Source of the DNA: Octopus vulgaris | Lineage: Eukaryota | Assembly: GCA_951406725.2 (NCBI GenBank) | Contig: OX597820.1 | Coordinates: 40,176,001 to 40,240,000, forward strand | Reading direction: 5' to 3' | DNA length: 64,000 bases | Part shown: piece after piece, positions 1-15,101 of the stretch | Position numbering within the stretch: the stretch's first letter is position 1 | Layout: every line of letters begins with the position of its first letter | The notes under the pieces: generated by a model | Told to the model about the DNA's origin: nothing | What the model saw: only the letters and a program-made list of their open reading frames with translations | Databases searched by the model: none | Program-made: the position numbers and the translations under genes

Positions 1-231
1 TTTTGACGGAAAAAAATATGAATTCTATAGACGAGGTCAGAACATTACTGGAGGAGTATTTCTCGTCACGTACAAGTGGATTTTGGAAGAGGGGCCTCGA
101 TAGTCTACTGGATAGATGGAAGAGCATCGGAGAAAATGAAGGAGAGAATACTTTAGATAAAAAAGAAATTTGTTTATTTTAATGTTGAAAAATAAAAAGT
201 ATAAAAAGCTGCATTATATATAGGATGACCT

Positions 232-235
<4 letters not shown>
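1..235 (+). mobile_element. mariner transposon 3' remnant (transposase C-terminus + probable TIR)
   Basis: From nt 18 reads NSIDEVRTLLEEYFSSRTSGFWKRGLDSLLDRWKSIGENEGE, matching the mariner C-terminal pattern (FF..K...F...GI..L..RW......G.Y); ends in TIR-like ...GGATGACCTTATA before a (TATG)n tract. Confidence 0.8.
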
Positions 236-265
<30 letters not shown>

Positions 266-451
266 TGTACTCTATTGTGTCTTTCTCTTTTAGTGCCTTA
301 TAATTTAACACACTCACCGGTAAAATTTCCACTCATTTATTTTTCTAAAATTTTCGTTGTGTCTTGCAACCTTTTCAATACTTGTTGACTATTCAAGGTG
401 CGTTCTTTTTTGTTTGTACGCATGTGTGTGGGTCAGTGTTTGTGCGCTTAT

Positions 452-488
452 ACATGTATGTATGTATGCATGTATGTATGTATGTATG

Positions 489-519
<31 letters not shown>

Positions 520-650
520 GTATGTATACATACATGCATGTATGCATGCATGTATGTATTCATACATTCATGTATGCATGCATGTATGTATTCATACATG
601 CATGTATGTATTCATACATGCATGTAAGTTTGTGTATTCATGTATGTATG
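452..650. repeat. (TATG)n/(CATG) microsatellite
   Basis: Directly visible tetranucleotide array. Confidence 0.95.
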
Positions 651-1313
651 TGGGTGGTGTTGTTGGTAGTGGTGGAGATGATGTGGTTGGTATTGTCTGT
701 GTGTGAGATGTTGTTGTCATTGTTGATGTTGCTATTATTATTGTTGTTGTTGTTATAATAGTTGTTTCGGTTTCGTATGCTTTTGTTGTTATTATAGTTG
801 TTTGTGTGGGGAATGTTGTGGTTATCATTGTTGCTATTCTTATTATCATTCTTGTTATACATAATTACCACTAGTATTGTTGTCAACATCGCTATTGTTA
901 TTGTTGTTTTAGTTTCGTATGTTTGCGTTGTTATTTTTTTGTATTGTCCTAACTTCTATCTTAATTTGAAGACTGTTCTCTTTTTTCAAATTCAGATTGA
1001 GAATCAGTTTTCAGACCTATTTATATGTAGCGAATTTTGGTGGTAACTGTAAAGCATGCATTTCATCTGTATCCAGCTGTACTGCACCGTATATTCCGGA
1101 AGTGTAATTGCTGTTGTTGGTGGTGATGGCGGCGGTATTGTTTTTCGGTGACTTGGCTCCTATGGTAGTTTACATTCCTACATGGCAATCCCGTCGATAT
1201 TGCTTGGGGATTTGTAATGAATCTTACAATGCTGACATTGTTGTTGTTGTTTCATTCAGTTGAGTTTATTGTTGAAGTGTTTGTTACAGGCATGGTTTAC
1301 TCGGCGATAATCT

Positions 1314-1317
<4 letters not shown>

Positions 1318-1362
<45 letters not shown>

Positions 1363-1524
1363 CATACATACGTACATACATACATACATACATACATGCA
1401 TACAAACATACGTACATACATGCATACATGCATACATACATACATACATACAAACATACACACATACATACATACATACATACATATATGCACACATACA
1501 TACATACATACATACATACATACA

Positions 1525-1558
<34 letters not shown>

Positions 1559-1560
1559 CA
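1318..1560. repeat. (TA)n+(TACA)n compound microsatellite
   Basis: Directly visible. Confidence 0.95.
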
Positions 1561-1700
1561 CACGAGGTGGTGGTGAAAAGTTCCTGGCTCTAGAATATAC
1601 AGGAATTTCAGTTAATTACAATTTTATTCCAAATATTCTCTTCTCAGATTCATACAATTATTGCAGCGGTCAATCCAGTTTTTCTAATCCCTGTGAAAAA
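1558..1700 (-). mobile_element. mariner 3' end remnant
   Basis: TIR-like TACACGAGGTGGTGGTGAAAAGTTCC; minus strand reads QGLEKL/DRCNNCMNLRREYLE* with one frameshift, resembling GIEKL..RW.KC....G.Y.E. Confidence 0.6.
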
Positions 1701-1918
1701 TATATATTGTGTGTCTGTGTGTGCGTGTCCTTTCTCTATGTTTGTGCTCCCACCACTGTTCCCACCAACACTTTACACACAAGAATCCCATAGAATAAGT
1801 ACGAGATTTAAAAGCAAAATAGGAGGTAACGGGGTCAATTCGTTTGATTAAAGTTCTTCATGGGGGTGCCACAGCATCGCTGCAGACTAATGACTTAGTC
1901 AAGTAAAGGACTAAAGGA

Positions 1919-1992
<74 letters not shown>

Positions 1993-2994
1993 GTGTGTGT
2001 GTGTGTGTGTGTGAGTGTATATATATATATATATATATAATCACCGACCTAAACACCTTAAATAATATATTAACGAACATTCTGTACAGAAGACCTACTG
2101 TGGGCCTCAAGGATGTAATGAGAATCCAGTCAAGTATATGATGTGTGAATTCGTCACGAGCTCCTCATTCTCTTTATTCACTGGCTGCAATGCTTTAGAA
2201 AGTAATGTCTTTTCTTAATACAGTGAATCAATACCGCAGTGTCGTACTGAGTCATGAGATTCAGTAGATCGTATCATCACCAGAAGGAAATCCGATGTTG
2301 ATGCCAGGCCTGCTAGAAATAGCAGGTACAGTCTCATTATTATCAGAAAGTTAAATATTGTAGTCTAATTTTACTCATGTACGGATAAAATCCACATTTG
2401 ACTCTAGATGGATGTAATGGAGCTGATATGGAACTAAAAAATAAATAATATCCGTTGATATAATATAATTAAACTTTTTTTATATAAATTAAAAGAAAAT
2501 ATATACATACAAACACTACACTCTCAAGAATCGATATAATTCAAATATTGAACTAATTTTCTTAAAGTACAGAGGAGTTTAAAAAAAAAATCATATATGC
2601 TTTCTGGGAAATTCCAAACAGTTTCAAGCAATATCGACAAACACGATATAATTATTAGAAAATTCGATTATCAATATTTAAAATGTCTTGAAACCCCACT
2701 TTTCTAATCTACTCGACATCAGTAGGTTGACCGTTATATAGTGAGACGAAATCTATTATAAATGTTGCTAAATTGGTGAATTGCAAGCTATATTATGTTA
2801 GCTTTTCTTATATATTGACAAACAGTCTACTCAAAATATTAACACAATAGTCCATTATAAATCGCGAAAAGCAAATAAGAACAAGTATATTGTAGAATTA
2901 CTCGCGTGAATAAGGCATCATACGTAAGGAGTTTTGATGTTTCTCTGAACACAAGGCGTATTATATATGAAGATACATATGTATGTGCGAATGC

Positions 2995-3065
<71 letters not shown>

Positions 3066-3341
3066 CATATATATATATATGTAGATATATGTACAGACAT
3101 ATTACATATGTGTATAAATATACATATATACATATATATATATATATGAAATTGAAAGTATTTTGTTTTCTTTTTTAGTTTCAGCTCAGAGCTGCGGCCA
3201 TGCTGATGCACCGTACACGTATGTGTGTATATATATACTGGCATGCATGCATACATACATAAATACATAAATATATACACACATACATACATACAAGAAC
3301 CCATACGTAGGAAAGAAATGCATTCATATATTTCTTAATGA

Positions 3342-3718
3342 GGCGCAGGAGTGGCTGTGCGGTAAGTAGCTTGCTAACCAACCACATGGTTCCGGGTTCA
3401 GTCCCACTGCGTGGCATCTTGGGCACATGTCTTCTGCTATAGCCCCGGGCCGACCAATGCCTTGTGAGTGGATTTGGTAGACGGAAACTGAAAGAAGCCT
3501 GTCGTATATATGTATATATATATATGTGTATGTGTGTGCGTCTCTGTGTTTGTCCCCCTAGCATTGCTTGACAACCGATGCTGGTGTGTTTACGTCTCCG
3601 GTTCGGCAAAAGAGACCGATAGAATAAGTACTGGGCTTACAAAGAATAAGTCCCGGGGTCGATTTGCTCGACTAAAGGCGCAGTCAAATGACTGAAACAA
3701 GTAAAAGAGTAAAGAGTA
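3342..3718 (+). mobile_element. tRNA-derived SINE, family A (near full length)
   Basis: A-box-like TGGCTGTGCGG, B-box-like GGTTCAGTCCC, core CTTGGGCA..TGTCTTCTGCTATAGCC, internal (TA/TG)n, tail CAGTCAAATGACTGAAAC + (AAAGAGT) repeats; several copies in window. Confidence 0.9.
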
Positions 3719-5214
3719 TATATATTATTTATACGTTACGATATTATATACCGTTTTGACTTGATTTTACAAAACGGTTGCATACACGTGAATTTCGGAA
3801 ACTTAATCTCAGTGCTCATTAGAAGAGCTTCTAGGAAAACTCTGGCATAGGCCTCGTTGCCACAAGACGAAAATAAGTGTCAGTTTGAATATTTCTTCAA
3901 AAAGCGACGAAAATCCATGGAGCTATAATCGCAGAGAGGATACATTCGTCTATAAGAATTATAATGAAATGGAATAAGAGAATTCCGACACGGTGGGTGA
4001 GGTAAACGTATGAATATTGGGGATAAGGCTAGAGTTCAAGCAGCAAGTGGTTGATGTGTGTGGGGCAGTAATGGGGATAGGGGTGGGAGAGTGTCAGCTT
4101 TAAAGACGTGTGGATATTTACTTCCATTTGTGCATGTGTTTGTATGCAATGATTTGGGAGTAGGTAAACCAATGCCGAATTCCCAATTCATGATAACGAA
4201 GGACTCCAATGATAGAAGCGCTAAATTTTATATTCATGGCAGATTTCGCCAGTATTCAAGTACATGTTTGCGTTCAATAAGGTAGGATCTGAACATCTCG
4301 GTTATATAGTTTATGTAGGTGCCCGAGTAAAGAGACTTAGTATGATTCTGTTCTCCTCCAACCAGCGCCTGATCATTCTACAGCTATTGAAGTAACGTTT
4401 GCACCTCTGAAACACACTCTCAACTTGATGCTATAATTCTCAGCCCTTTCCATCATCGATCATTTGCACATTGCGAGTGCTATGACATTGCGCCTCTCAT
4501 GAATATTAAAGGAAGAGTTGTTGCAGTTGTTAAATCTACTTCTGAAAAGAGTCTTTGCCGTGCTGCACGTCCACGCCACTTAACAACGTCTTTGTTATAT
4601 TAGCTGTTAGTAAAAATACGGCGATGCCTCAAAGAAGCATTAAGATTCTCTTTCTTGAATAAGCCTACTTACTAAGATGTTCTTTTATACAAGGTATACA
4701 GCGAAATGAATTGTTTAAGGTATGGCTATTAAATGTTTTTCTGTAACTGAGTTTGGGACAAGTTTTTATCGGCTAAACTCAGAAAGATCCCACCTACATT
4801 CATTTTTATGTGAAACGGTTAAGCTTTTTGTTTTTTTAGTTTTTTAGTCGGGTTAATAGTAGGGCATATAACTAAATATTATCTTCAAATTATTTGGCGC
4901 CCAGAGCCTCGTCGTATTGCAGCACCACAGTGTTCGAATTCTGTATTCTGGGAAAGCAATCTGGGAATACAAATCTTCTATTGTTTTTCATTCTCTTTTG
5001 TTTCTTATATACATGTGAGTGTTATATATATATATATATATGGGTTGAAGAACAATCCACGAGCGTTTTGTTCTTTTTTTTTAATTTAAAAATGCACACA
5101 GAAATAAAACGCATTGGCAAAATGTCTTATGTTATTTGAAAGAAATATTATTATTCTGTAACATAGTATGCTTGAGTTTTTAATGTTATTGATTTTTGTG
5201 TATATTCAGATCAT

Positions 5215-5435
5215 TAAAATGGAATGTCAAGTGGACAAAACTGACCATTTTTGATACCATATGCTTTTTTCATTTAATCGAGTTGTTAACGAAGCAGCTC
5301 GTGAGATTTGTGCAGTGCATGGAGAAGGAGATATACCTCAAAGTACCGCCTGCCGTTGGTTTTCGTGCTTCAAAAATAGGAATTTTGACCTCAAGGATGG
5401 ATCAAAAACCAGTCGTCCAATTGAGTTCGATGAAA
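5215..5435 (+). mobile_element. mariner transposase N-terminal (HTH) fragment
   Basis: MECQVDK...AAREICAVHGEG..PQSTACRWFSCFKNRNFDLKD..SRPIEFDE. Confidence 0.85.
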
Positions 5436-5449
5436 CTTGCCCATTAAGT

Positions 5450-5781
5450 GAAGGTAGTTCACTACACATTCTTGATCGCAATTCATCTGCTCCACCAATT
5501 CTCTGGTCGCTTGACATGGATATATCGTGAAGGAGTTGAATCAATCGATCATCATCGAACTCAATTGGCCGACCGGTGTGTGATCCGTCCTTTAGGTCAA
5601 AATTCCCATTTCTGGAGAGCGAAATCTAACGGCGGGCGGTACTTTGAGGCATTAATCCTTCTCCTTCTCCATACGCAGCACAGATCTCACAGACAGCTTC
5701 GGTGGGCTTAGCACCTCAATTTTATTCAAAATATAGCGAATGGTGTCGAAAATGTTCTTGTCCACTTGACATTCCATTTTA
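5450..5781 (-). mobile_element. second, inverted mariner N-terminal fragment
   Basis: Reverse complement starts AAAATGGAATGTCAAGTGGACAA, identical to 5217, and continues through ...CCAATTGAGTTCGATGA. Confidence 0.85.
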
Positions 5782-5788
5782 ATTATAT

Positions 5789-6008
5789 GGACATTGTTGT
5801 AGAGCTGAAAAAGAAGTAATTTCTACTCTTCTCCTCTGGAAGCCATCTACTCGCAACACCAGAGGGCGCACACTCTCCTACCCTGATGTAATCTCCAGGG
5901 ATACAGGCATCCAGCAACAGGACCTCCGTAATGCTATGATGGACCGTGAAGTCTGGCGCAACATGGTAAATTCCATTGTCTCGACCACGGTCGAACAATG
6001 ATGATGAT
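5789..6008 (+). mobile_element. RTE-clade LINE 3' end
   Basis: Open frame GHCCRAEKEVISTLLLWKPSTRNTRGRTLSYPDVISRDTGIQQQDLRNAMMDREVWR...* followed by a (TGA)n tail. Confidence 0.85.
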
Positions 6009-6114
6009 ATATACAAAACTCAAAACACACTATCTTGTAGAGCAAAAACATCTCTCTCAAATAACATAAAACAACTTGAAAAAGAAAACACTCTTGAATT
6101 ATTTCTCAACCCAA

Positions 6115-6216
<102 letters not shown>

Positions 6217-7251
6217 CATTCATAAATGAGGGTGAAAAATTAGATATTAATTTAATAATACCATCAGTTTAACACCAAGTGGCCTAGCACATAAAAAACA
6301 GGGAGACAATACAAATTTAGCACTAGAGTTAACTACTTAACGGTAACTCTCTTATATTTACGTATATATATATATAATAACAGTAAGAAGTAAATCTTTA
6401 ATGATAATGGGATTATGTTGATCACACTGGCAGGAATAGCAGAAAACGTCATAAGCGACATATTACAATAAATATGCAACACGTGAAAGCATGTTATTCC
6501 TCTAAGAACCAATGATTAGGATTAAAAGACTCGAAAATTTTGAAGTACTGACATTTTAAAAATATACCTCCTCATTCGAATGTAAACTGGAATCTGGCAT
6601 CACCACTAATAATAATTCAAAAAGAATCTACGCTATTTATGATAAAGGAATTTGTGAAGTCATACAAACCAGTTAATGAATAAATCTTTTTAATAATCTA
6701 GAACGAGGAAAGCGATGAATAAGATACAAAAACGTCTGTCATTGGAACACTGTAATTCTGACTTCACACGAGGAGAATAATTATTTTGTTTTTAAATTAA
6801 AGTGAATCCTGCATTACCTTTAAATACCCCAAATAGTCTTCTCATATGTTTCTAACTTCAGGCTAACATATATTAATAAAAACGAAGAGTATTGCAGCAT
6901 GAGTGAAAACTTGTAAATTTCACAGAATTGCAGCAATTTTGTATAATAGTTAATTGGCTAAGCTTAATTTAAGAATAAAACAAACCAAATGTATAACGAC
7001 TCCTTTTTATATTAACTTACATTCGTTAATTTTCAAATTTCTCTTCGTCAAGACCATGTGATTAGGAAAGACTGATCCACTAGAGGCGGCTGCATTTGGT
7101 CACATCGCTTCCAAGAAATACATGCTAAATCTTCGTTTCATTTGTGATCTAGATATGCATACACATATACACAAACACTCGCTTATTTATGCATATAAAT
7201 ATCTATGAATATATGTACGTATGTATGTGTATGTATATCCATATATTACTG

Positions 7252-7356
<105 letters not shown>

Positions 7357-8315
7357 ATGGATGGATATATGGCAATGAAATATTGAATGGGAAACAATGT
7401 CTGAATCCCTTGGTGAAGGGATTTAGCTGGTATTTCTTTCAAGTCACTCTACAATGTAACGGTATACTTATGGACTTTGTTGGTTGCCATGACCAATTGA
7501 CTGTTTTTGTGCAAACGTTTTAAACCTCAACGGATTCAAACGATCACCAATATATAGTATACAAACGTTGTTTACTTCACACATTACTGACTAGAAATAA
7601 ATCAATAAATAAATAGATTAATAAAGAAAGGTGGAAAGATAATAACAATGCATATATAAGAAAAGCCAGCCTTAAAAACATTAATTGTAATGGTTTTATA
7701 TTATGATGCAAAGTAACACTTAGAAGCCGGTTCGTTTTGGCATTTTTCATATGTTGAGTATTATTGTTGGTGCGTTTCAGCTTTTCCTTTTATATTTCAG
7801 ATTGACAAAATTTGTTTTCATAAACTAAAATGAGGAAAGATGCGAATGAAACTGTAAAAAAAAACAACAAAATGTCTATAATATAAATACTATAATACTA
7901 TTCTGACACGAGGAGAATAAGAATTTTTGTTTATAAATTAATTTTCCATTGAAGTTCAAATTTCTATTATATATTTTAATTATTTTTTTGCCTTTCATTT
8001 CCAATGTCTCCTTCGATTTATTGAGGTATCGGAGGTTTTTATTGATTTGCAATAAAACAAACAAAAATAACAGTAGAAATAATATTACAAAAATCAAACT
8101 TTAAAATATCCATTTATGCAAATCACATATATTTTCGAACTAGTTTGTCCGAAATATTTTCTTGAAGTATGATGGATTCTTATGATGTAGAATGATCAGA
8201 TAGTTGTTTCGCTTTTATAACATAATATATGTAGCAAATAGCTACACATACTTACACGCATACATACGTACACATACAGAAAGGCACATACACATATAGA
8301 TGGATAGGTAGAAGG

Positions 8316-8412
<97 letters not shown>

Positions 8413-8734
8413 CAAACATATATAGACAGAGAGGTGGTTAGCTTCATAGACAGCAAGCGAGATAGATAGATAGATGAGTATATACGAACGTATGTGTGTG
8501 TGTGCTCGCGCACGCCCGTCTTCAGTTTGTCACAAAACACAGTTACAGCGCCGTTACGTTCTTCTTTGATAGACAAGAAATACAAGCTGACTTTCCCTCG
8601 AATAAGCACTTAAGCGACATTAGCAATATTATGCCACGGTACATACATATGTGTGTGTATCTATGTGTGCGTGTCTGTGTGTATGTATTTATGTATGTAT
8701 GTGTATGTATATATATAAATGTATGTATATATAT

Positions 8735-8766
<32 letters not shown>

Positions 8767-9782
8767 ATGATAAAAATTTTTTTACCGTGCTAGTGCCATT
8801 TGTAGCACCCTAAATTAGTAATATATATAATTATATATATCTATATACATAAATAGATGATATAGATATACGTATAAGCACATATAAATCTATATATATA
8901 TATATAGGAATGCACACACACACATATGCACATTCATACATATACGCACAAATCTGTGTGTGTGTGTGTGTGCATTCTCAGGAATATATATTATTTAAAT
9001 GTTTACAATCATACATCGATGCAATTTTATTTTCTTACGAAAATGGTATTAAAAAGATCTAGATTCTAGTTATATTGTGTCTGGTAAGTGAAATAATATT
9101 GTAAAAAGACTCCGAAAAAAAGATATAATTTCATTTTCATCTATTGATTTATTTTTGGCGATGGTAGGACTGAAATATAGGCGATGGAGCTACTAAGAAT
9201 TGCAGGCAAATTTCCCTTATAGAACGCCCTGGCAACTTAGAAAAGAACAAAATCGTACTTGAATATAGAACCAAGTAAAAAAAGACATGTTTGCTTTGTA
9301 AATGGCTTGAACTTAGACAATACCCACAATATTTCATTATAAACAATCAGAATATGTACTTTAGTGGAGAAAAATTCCGGCGAAAATGACTCTTTAAAAA
9401 GTGTAAAAATATCATACTTATATTTGGGAAATTTGACTGGCGACTTCGAGTGTCCTAGTTTTAATTTAAGACTCTTTTTATAAGATGTTCTGTGCATAAT
9501 AACGTTACTGACGCATGCGCCACGCAACTGTCAAGCGATCGAGTAGTCATGATACAGTGATGAAGCTAATAAAGTATGTACTTGTATACAATTTACGTCT
9601 AAGCAAATTCATTCACAAGATTTCTGTTGTTGAAAATGCAAATCCATAGCATGAAACAGTGGCACCGAAAAGGATTTCGTCTTGTTTAAGAAGTGATCTT
9701 AAATATTCTGTAATAAATCGCATACATACATACACTCATACAAATTTGCATATATATAAATATATATATATGTATATATATG

Positions 9783-9813
<31 letters not shown>

Positions 9814-9838
9814 GTCTGTGTGTATATACATATATATG

Positions 9839-9876
<38 letters not shown>

Positions 9877-10246
9877 TATATACGGGGGTGTGTGATTGCG
9901 TATAGAAGAATATATTAATAATTTTTGAGAGTCAAAAATTGTGAAGCATGACTGTCACCACCACTTCATGAACCTGAAGATTGCAGAATTTAATGCATGA
10001 AAGTACTAGTTCAATTAGAATGAACATTTAACATTCTATTCTATTATTTTATTTTATTTTATTATATTATATTATATTATATCATTATAAGATTGTAAAT
10101 AAAACGTGAAAATCAGACGAGGTTGGAATTCCTTTTATTAATATATATATATATATATATAAAGAAGTAAATATATGGCACAACGAAGTACCGATATTTA
10201 CGGGCTATTCTTTACTGGAAAGCAATACTCTAGTATTGCATTACTA

Positions 10247-10345
<99 letters not shown>

Positions 10346-11769
10346 TTTGAAGTAACATAACTAACAGACTACATTTCAGAGCAGCTCATTGCAGGTTCAA
10401 CCGATTATATAATAAAAGACACTTGTCCAAATTATTGCGCAGTGAGTTCGAACTCTAAATATCGTGTTGCAAACCATTTCTTTTTACAACTCAGACAAGT
10501 CTGCACTTGTATGTACTCCAACGGAGGTAGACTGATACTACTTTTAGCAGGTTGAACGATTCTGTAGTGATTTCCACCCCTACATAAGGACACATCTGAA
10601 GTATAAGAGGCATGAAACCAATTTAAATTAAATCAAAATCGTATCAACATGCAACACGTTTATTAGAGAAATTTTAACGTTAAATTATTTTTACTGCCTT
10701 GAAATTTTCCTTAAATACACGCTGCAAATAACTGTAGATCTTGGTACACACTCAAGTTTAGGTCACGCAAGCGAATTTTGGACTTAAAACTGAAGTGGTG
10801 TGGAATCAAATCCAGAATGCGTCACAACCATTTACTGTCAAGTAATTGCGCTTAGCGTACCGGTTGGCGTGTTGGATACACTGTAGATAGTTTGCACTGT
10901 AGATAGTTTCAAATCAGTTGAGTACATTTTCCTCTGTTCGTATTATCAATAGTGCAAAACAATATCATGTTATGTGCATGCTAAATATTATTGAACAACC
11001 TGATGATAAAAATGAATACATATGGTTGTTCAATGTACGATACAAATATTAAAGATTATCCAAGTATTGGAATCGTCCTTTTAGTATTTACAACATAGAA
11101 GTGATCCCTACGCGATCGCTTATTCTAATACAGAGCAAAATTACCCTTGATGCAGAATCACATTATTATAAATAATATGTTACATTGGTTAATATCTTAT
11201 TAGACATTATCCAATATTTAAACCTGGGAAGACCACGGCTAGAATGATTTTAAGAGCAACAGTAATAAGGAAAATAAGAAAAACAACGACAACAACATGA
11301 AATACATTTAATCATATGTTCAGCAAAACAGAATCTATACGATTAGAATTATTCATATAAAGGAGTGGAGTGATGTATTCTTATTATAATTTTCTTTTTT
11401 TCTCGCTTATCGTTGAAATGAATAAGGTTCGGAATGTTGTTCTCATTGACAAACACGAGAAGACTATAAAAATAGGTGTAATAAGAAATGTGAAACAATA
11501 ATGCCATAAAATAAATTAAATTGAAGAAAGAACAAAAAAAAAACGATGATAAATATATTTGATAAACAAAAATCTATCGATGAGTCACCATGTTTTCCTG
11601 CTATTTATTTCTTTATATTTTCATTATTAATAAAAATATTTCAGACTTATATCTTCTTACTTTTCTATTTGAATTCTCGTTCATCTTTCTTATCGACAGC
11701 GCCATCAATTGATTCAGTCTGCATAGGGAAGAAAGCATTGCTTTTTTTTATTATTATTAAAGTTGTGGA

Positions 11770-12200
11770 GTTGACGAGCTGGTATAATCGTTAGCCTGCC
11801 AGACGAAATGCGTCATATTCTCAGTTCAAATTCCGCTGAGTTCGACATTGTTTCGGGCTCTTTAAAAATTCGGGCTTGAAAGAAAAGATCAAGTACCAGT
11901 CAAATATTGAGATCGATGTAAAGAGTTTAACCCCTACATAAAATATTGGAGGGGTAAATTCTTGTGTCTATAGAGGGAAGAATAATTACCGTGACGAGTT
12001 GGCAAATTCGTTAGCCTGTTGGACAAGATGCATTGGGCTGATTGAGTTCTGAGTTCAAATCCTAGCCAGGTCAACCACGCTTTACATTATTTCGTCCTTC
12101 TGAGGTTGGTAAAATAATGTAGCGGTCAAGTACTTGTAATAATGTAATCAACAATCGCCCTTCTCCCTAAACTTGTTGCCTTTGTGCGAAATTTGAAAGC
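11770..12200 (+). mobile_element. two tandem degraded SINE family B copies
   Basis: Both show GAGCTGG/GAGTTGG...CGTTAGC...AGTTCAAAT, similar to the 61490 copy. Confidence 0.6.
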
Positions 12201-15032
12201 TTTATCATCATAACGATAAAATTTGATATCCGTTTGAAGATATATATGTATGTATGTGTATATATATATATATATGAGTGTGTATGTGTGTGTGTGTACA
12301 TTGTACATTTAACAACCTTAACTACGAATATAATTTATCAGTTCATCGAATAATAGTATTTAGCATGTTTATTAGGGGAAGGAATTATCGGTCCTTAATT
12401 TGTTACTGCGGAATGGGAAATTTTAAATGAAGTATTCAATCCTCCGATTGCTCCCCCACTGCCATCTCTCCGCTATGTATGTCATCTCTTCTTACTCTCT
12501 CTTTCTTCACCCCCACTAACCCGCTTACATATTCCCTCTCCCTACTTTTCACTCCTCCCATTCTCTTTTACCATCCAATCGTTAAAATTTGCTGTCTGCC
12601 AATTTCCCCTTCTGGCGAAGAAAGACAGTATTACGTTATTATGCATCTATCTACTAGTGGCATAACTATGACTGTTAGCTCTTTCCATTATGCCAATTAT
12701 AAACTGTACAGCTATTATATAATTCCGAGCTCTCAGAAACAGCTGTTGAGCTAAAAACTATGATCTCTCCCCTTAGTTTCTGTATTTTGATACTCCATGA
12801 AAAAGTATATTCATTTATCAATATATATAAATATCTATACGGATCAACATACATGTTTGTCTTCAGAATATATAAGGTTTTTATAATTATATATCAGCCT
12901 GTGTATAAATATGTATATTTATGCATGTCAAACTTAATCGTGTTCATCGACATTACTATCTGCTGATCAACTTATCTGAATTTTTCTTACAGCCACTATT
13001 TATCAGGAGAAATTCGCCCTCGCTCATGACTTTAAATTCATGAGTTAAAATTCAAATTATTTGGAGCACACGTATATATTTTCTATATTTAGCATCTCTA
13101 GAACTCACCTATTGACTGTATATATATATATATATATATGTAAAGAGTATCATTACTAGTTTAAGTAAACACTGTGACAATGCTAGTCTTGTCTGGGGAA
13201 GCCGTTACAGGCTAAGACCTGCTACAGCTACCATGTAAACCCAGTACTACTTATTTCATGGCCGAGTGGTCGGTAACTAAAGTGGTTCTGCACTTGAGTA
13301 GCTTGCTACGATTGTGAGAAGGGTGACTGGTACACTTCGCAAGACTCGTTGAATGTTCCCTGGGATCTTTGTGGGCCGACGCACCTCAATAAGGCAAAGC
13401 ACCTCAATATCTCTGCTAAAAAAAAATCACTATAAGAAAGACTGACCTAAGTGGCATTAAGGCTTCATCCGATTGGAGAACTCGCGCTTAGTCGGGAAGA
13501 CGTTCGCTTTAGTGTCATCAACGCGCAGTAGAAACGTACGATACATAACGAGGACGAGTAAGAACGAAGGGGCTCATTCGTGGTATATTTGTGAAAATGG
13601 CATGAGTGGGATTTAGTATTTAATGATGACGAATACGTGTGTTTCTCTCCGGATGTTTGAGGAAGCTGTATATTTAATGACAACGGTTCGGAGCAAGATT
13701 AATTATTTCGTATATTTCGTATATTACATTATGTAGATGCTTATAATTTTTGTTGTCGTTTAGCGTATATACGGAAATAGCTGTACAAATAACTGAGCCC
13801 AAGGATATATAGTATACTTCATTTGACAGGGAGAGAGCAGGAAAGTCCTCTCTCTATCAACTGAAATTGTGCGATTTGACAGAAGTTTCCGCCCCTAGGT
13901 GATAAGTTGTAGGAGAAGCCTAAAAACGTTGTCATGACTATAATGGTAGCTCCGCTAGAAAAGAAAATCTGTTAAAAATGATTTTACTATAAAACATGAA
14001 TAAATAAATAAAATCATGTTAATTAAAATTTCACTGATTATTATCATTCTGTTTATTGTTTCTATGAATGCAGTTCTGCCGCATTCATGGAAACAAGAGT
14101 AGGACTAAATGTCTGGCAATATTTATTTACATACATTTATAATTTTCGAGCTTCTGGAGTTGTTGAATAAGTCTAATCCGGTGTACTTTCTTTAAATATG
14201 TTGTTGTGTGTCCTTGTTAGAAACACATACCCGCTTCGATCATTTAGATGACTAGTTGTCATTGGGTGTTTCCAATCCTTTATGTCACTCTCATTAGCTG
14301 GATTTGATACTTCGTCCTTAATTTTTGAAAGCTTAAAACATTAAGATTAAGATGTTAATCCAGTCATGTATTGGATTAAGATTATAAACTCGGAGGTAAA
14401 TGCATTTAAATTTACATATAAAAAATATCTCCTGTCTGTGTAGAACTTCTTTATCAACACCAAGATAAATGCATATATAGTTATAGAACGATTTTAACTC
14501 TATATTTGTATGATATGAAAATGACTCCAGTAGAGATTGATATAAACTTCATACTCATACACCTAATTACAATTTTATAGAATGTTCTAATCTATACCAA
14601 TATAATATATACATAAATATATGATGACGAACTTTTATGCTAAACTTAGCATTAATATATCGCAAAAGAAGTATATTTTTTTAATATAATCAGTAAGTAA
14701 TACAGGGGATAAACAGAATACAAATATGAACATATTTATAAAGAAATCAGAAACAAAATATAAGAGTTTATCGACAGTCATATTAGATATCATAAGCTTG
14801 TGAAATTATATCCTAATGTGATTATATTTTTATCAGCATACAGGCTTATATTCTTGTAGCAAATGATACTGTATATCAAATATTAGCAACGGCATTAAAG
14901 TAACATGAATATATATTTACTTAAAAATAAAGACATATATATATATATATAAATATGTAAGTAATCGAAGAGGCCATCAAATACGTTAAATGATTTCATG
15001 AAAATGATTGTCACGCGTTTCTTATTTAGGAA

Positions 15033-15101
<69 letters not shown>

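Noticed and set aside
346-378. Minus-strand TTGAAAA-G-GTTG(..)CAAC-GAAA-ATTT-TA, another possible U3:A8 hammerhead
   Set aside because: Stem I does not pair in this copy; a similar weak case lies at ~21700-21735. Worth rechecking on a family consensus only.
3342-3415. tRNA genes at SINE heads
   Set aside because: A/B-box-like sequences continue into SINE bodies and lack a full cloverleaf.
9505-9545. NRF1-like GCATGCGC motif in a small CpG patch as promoter
   Set aside because: Single short motif with no supportable downstream gene.
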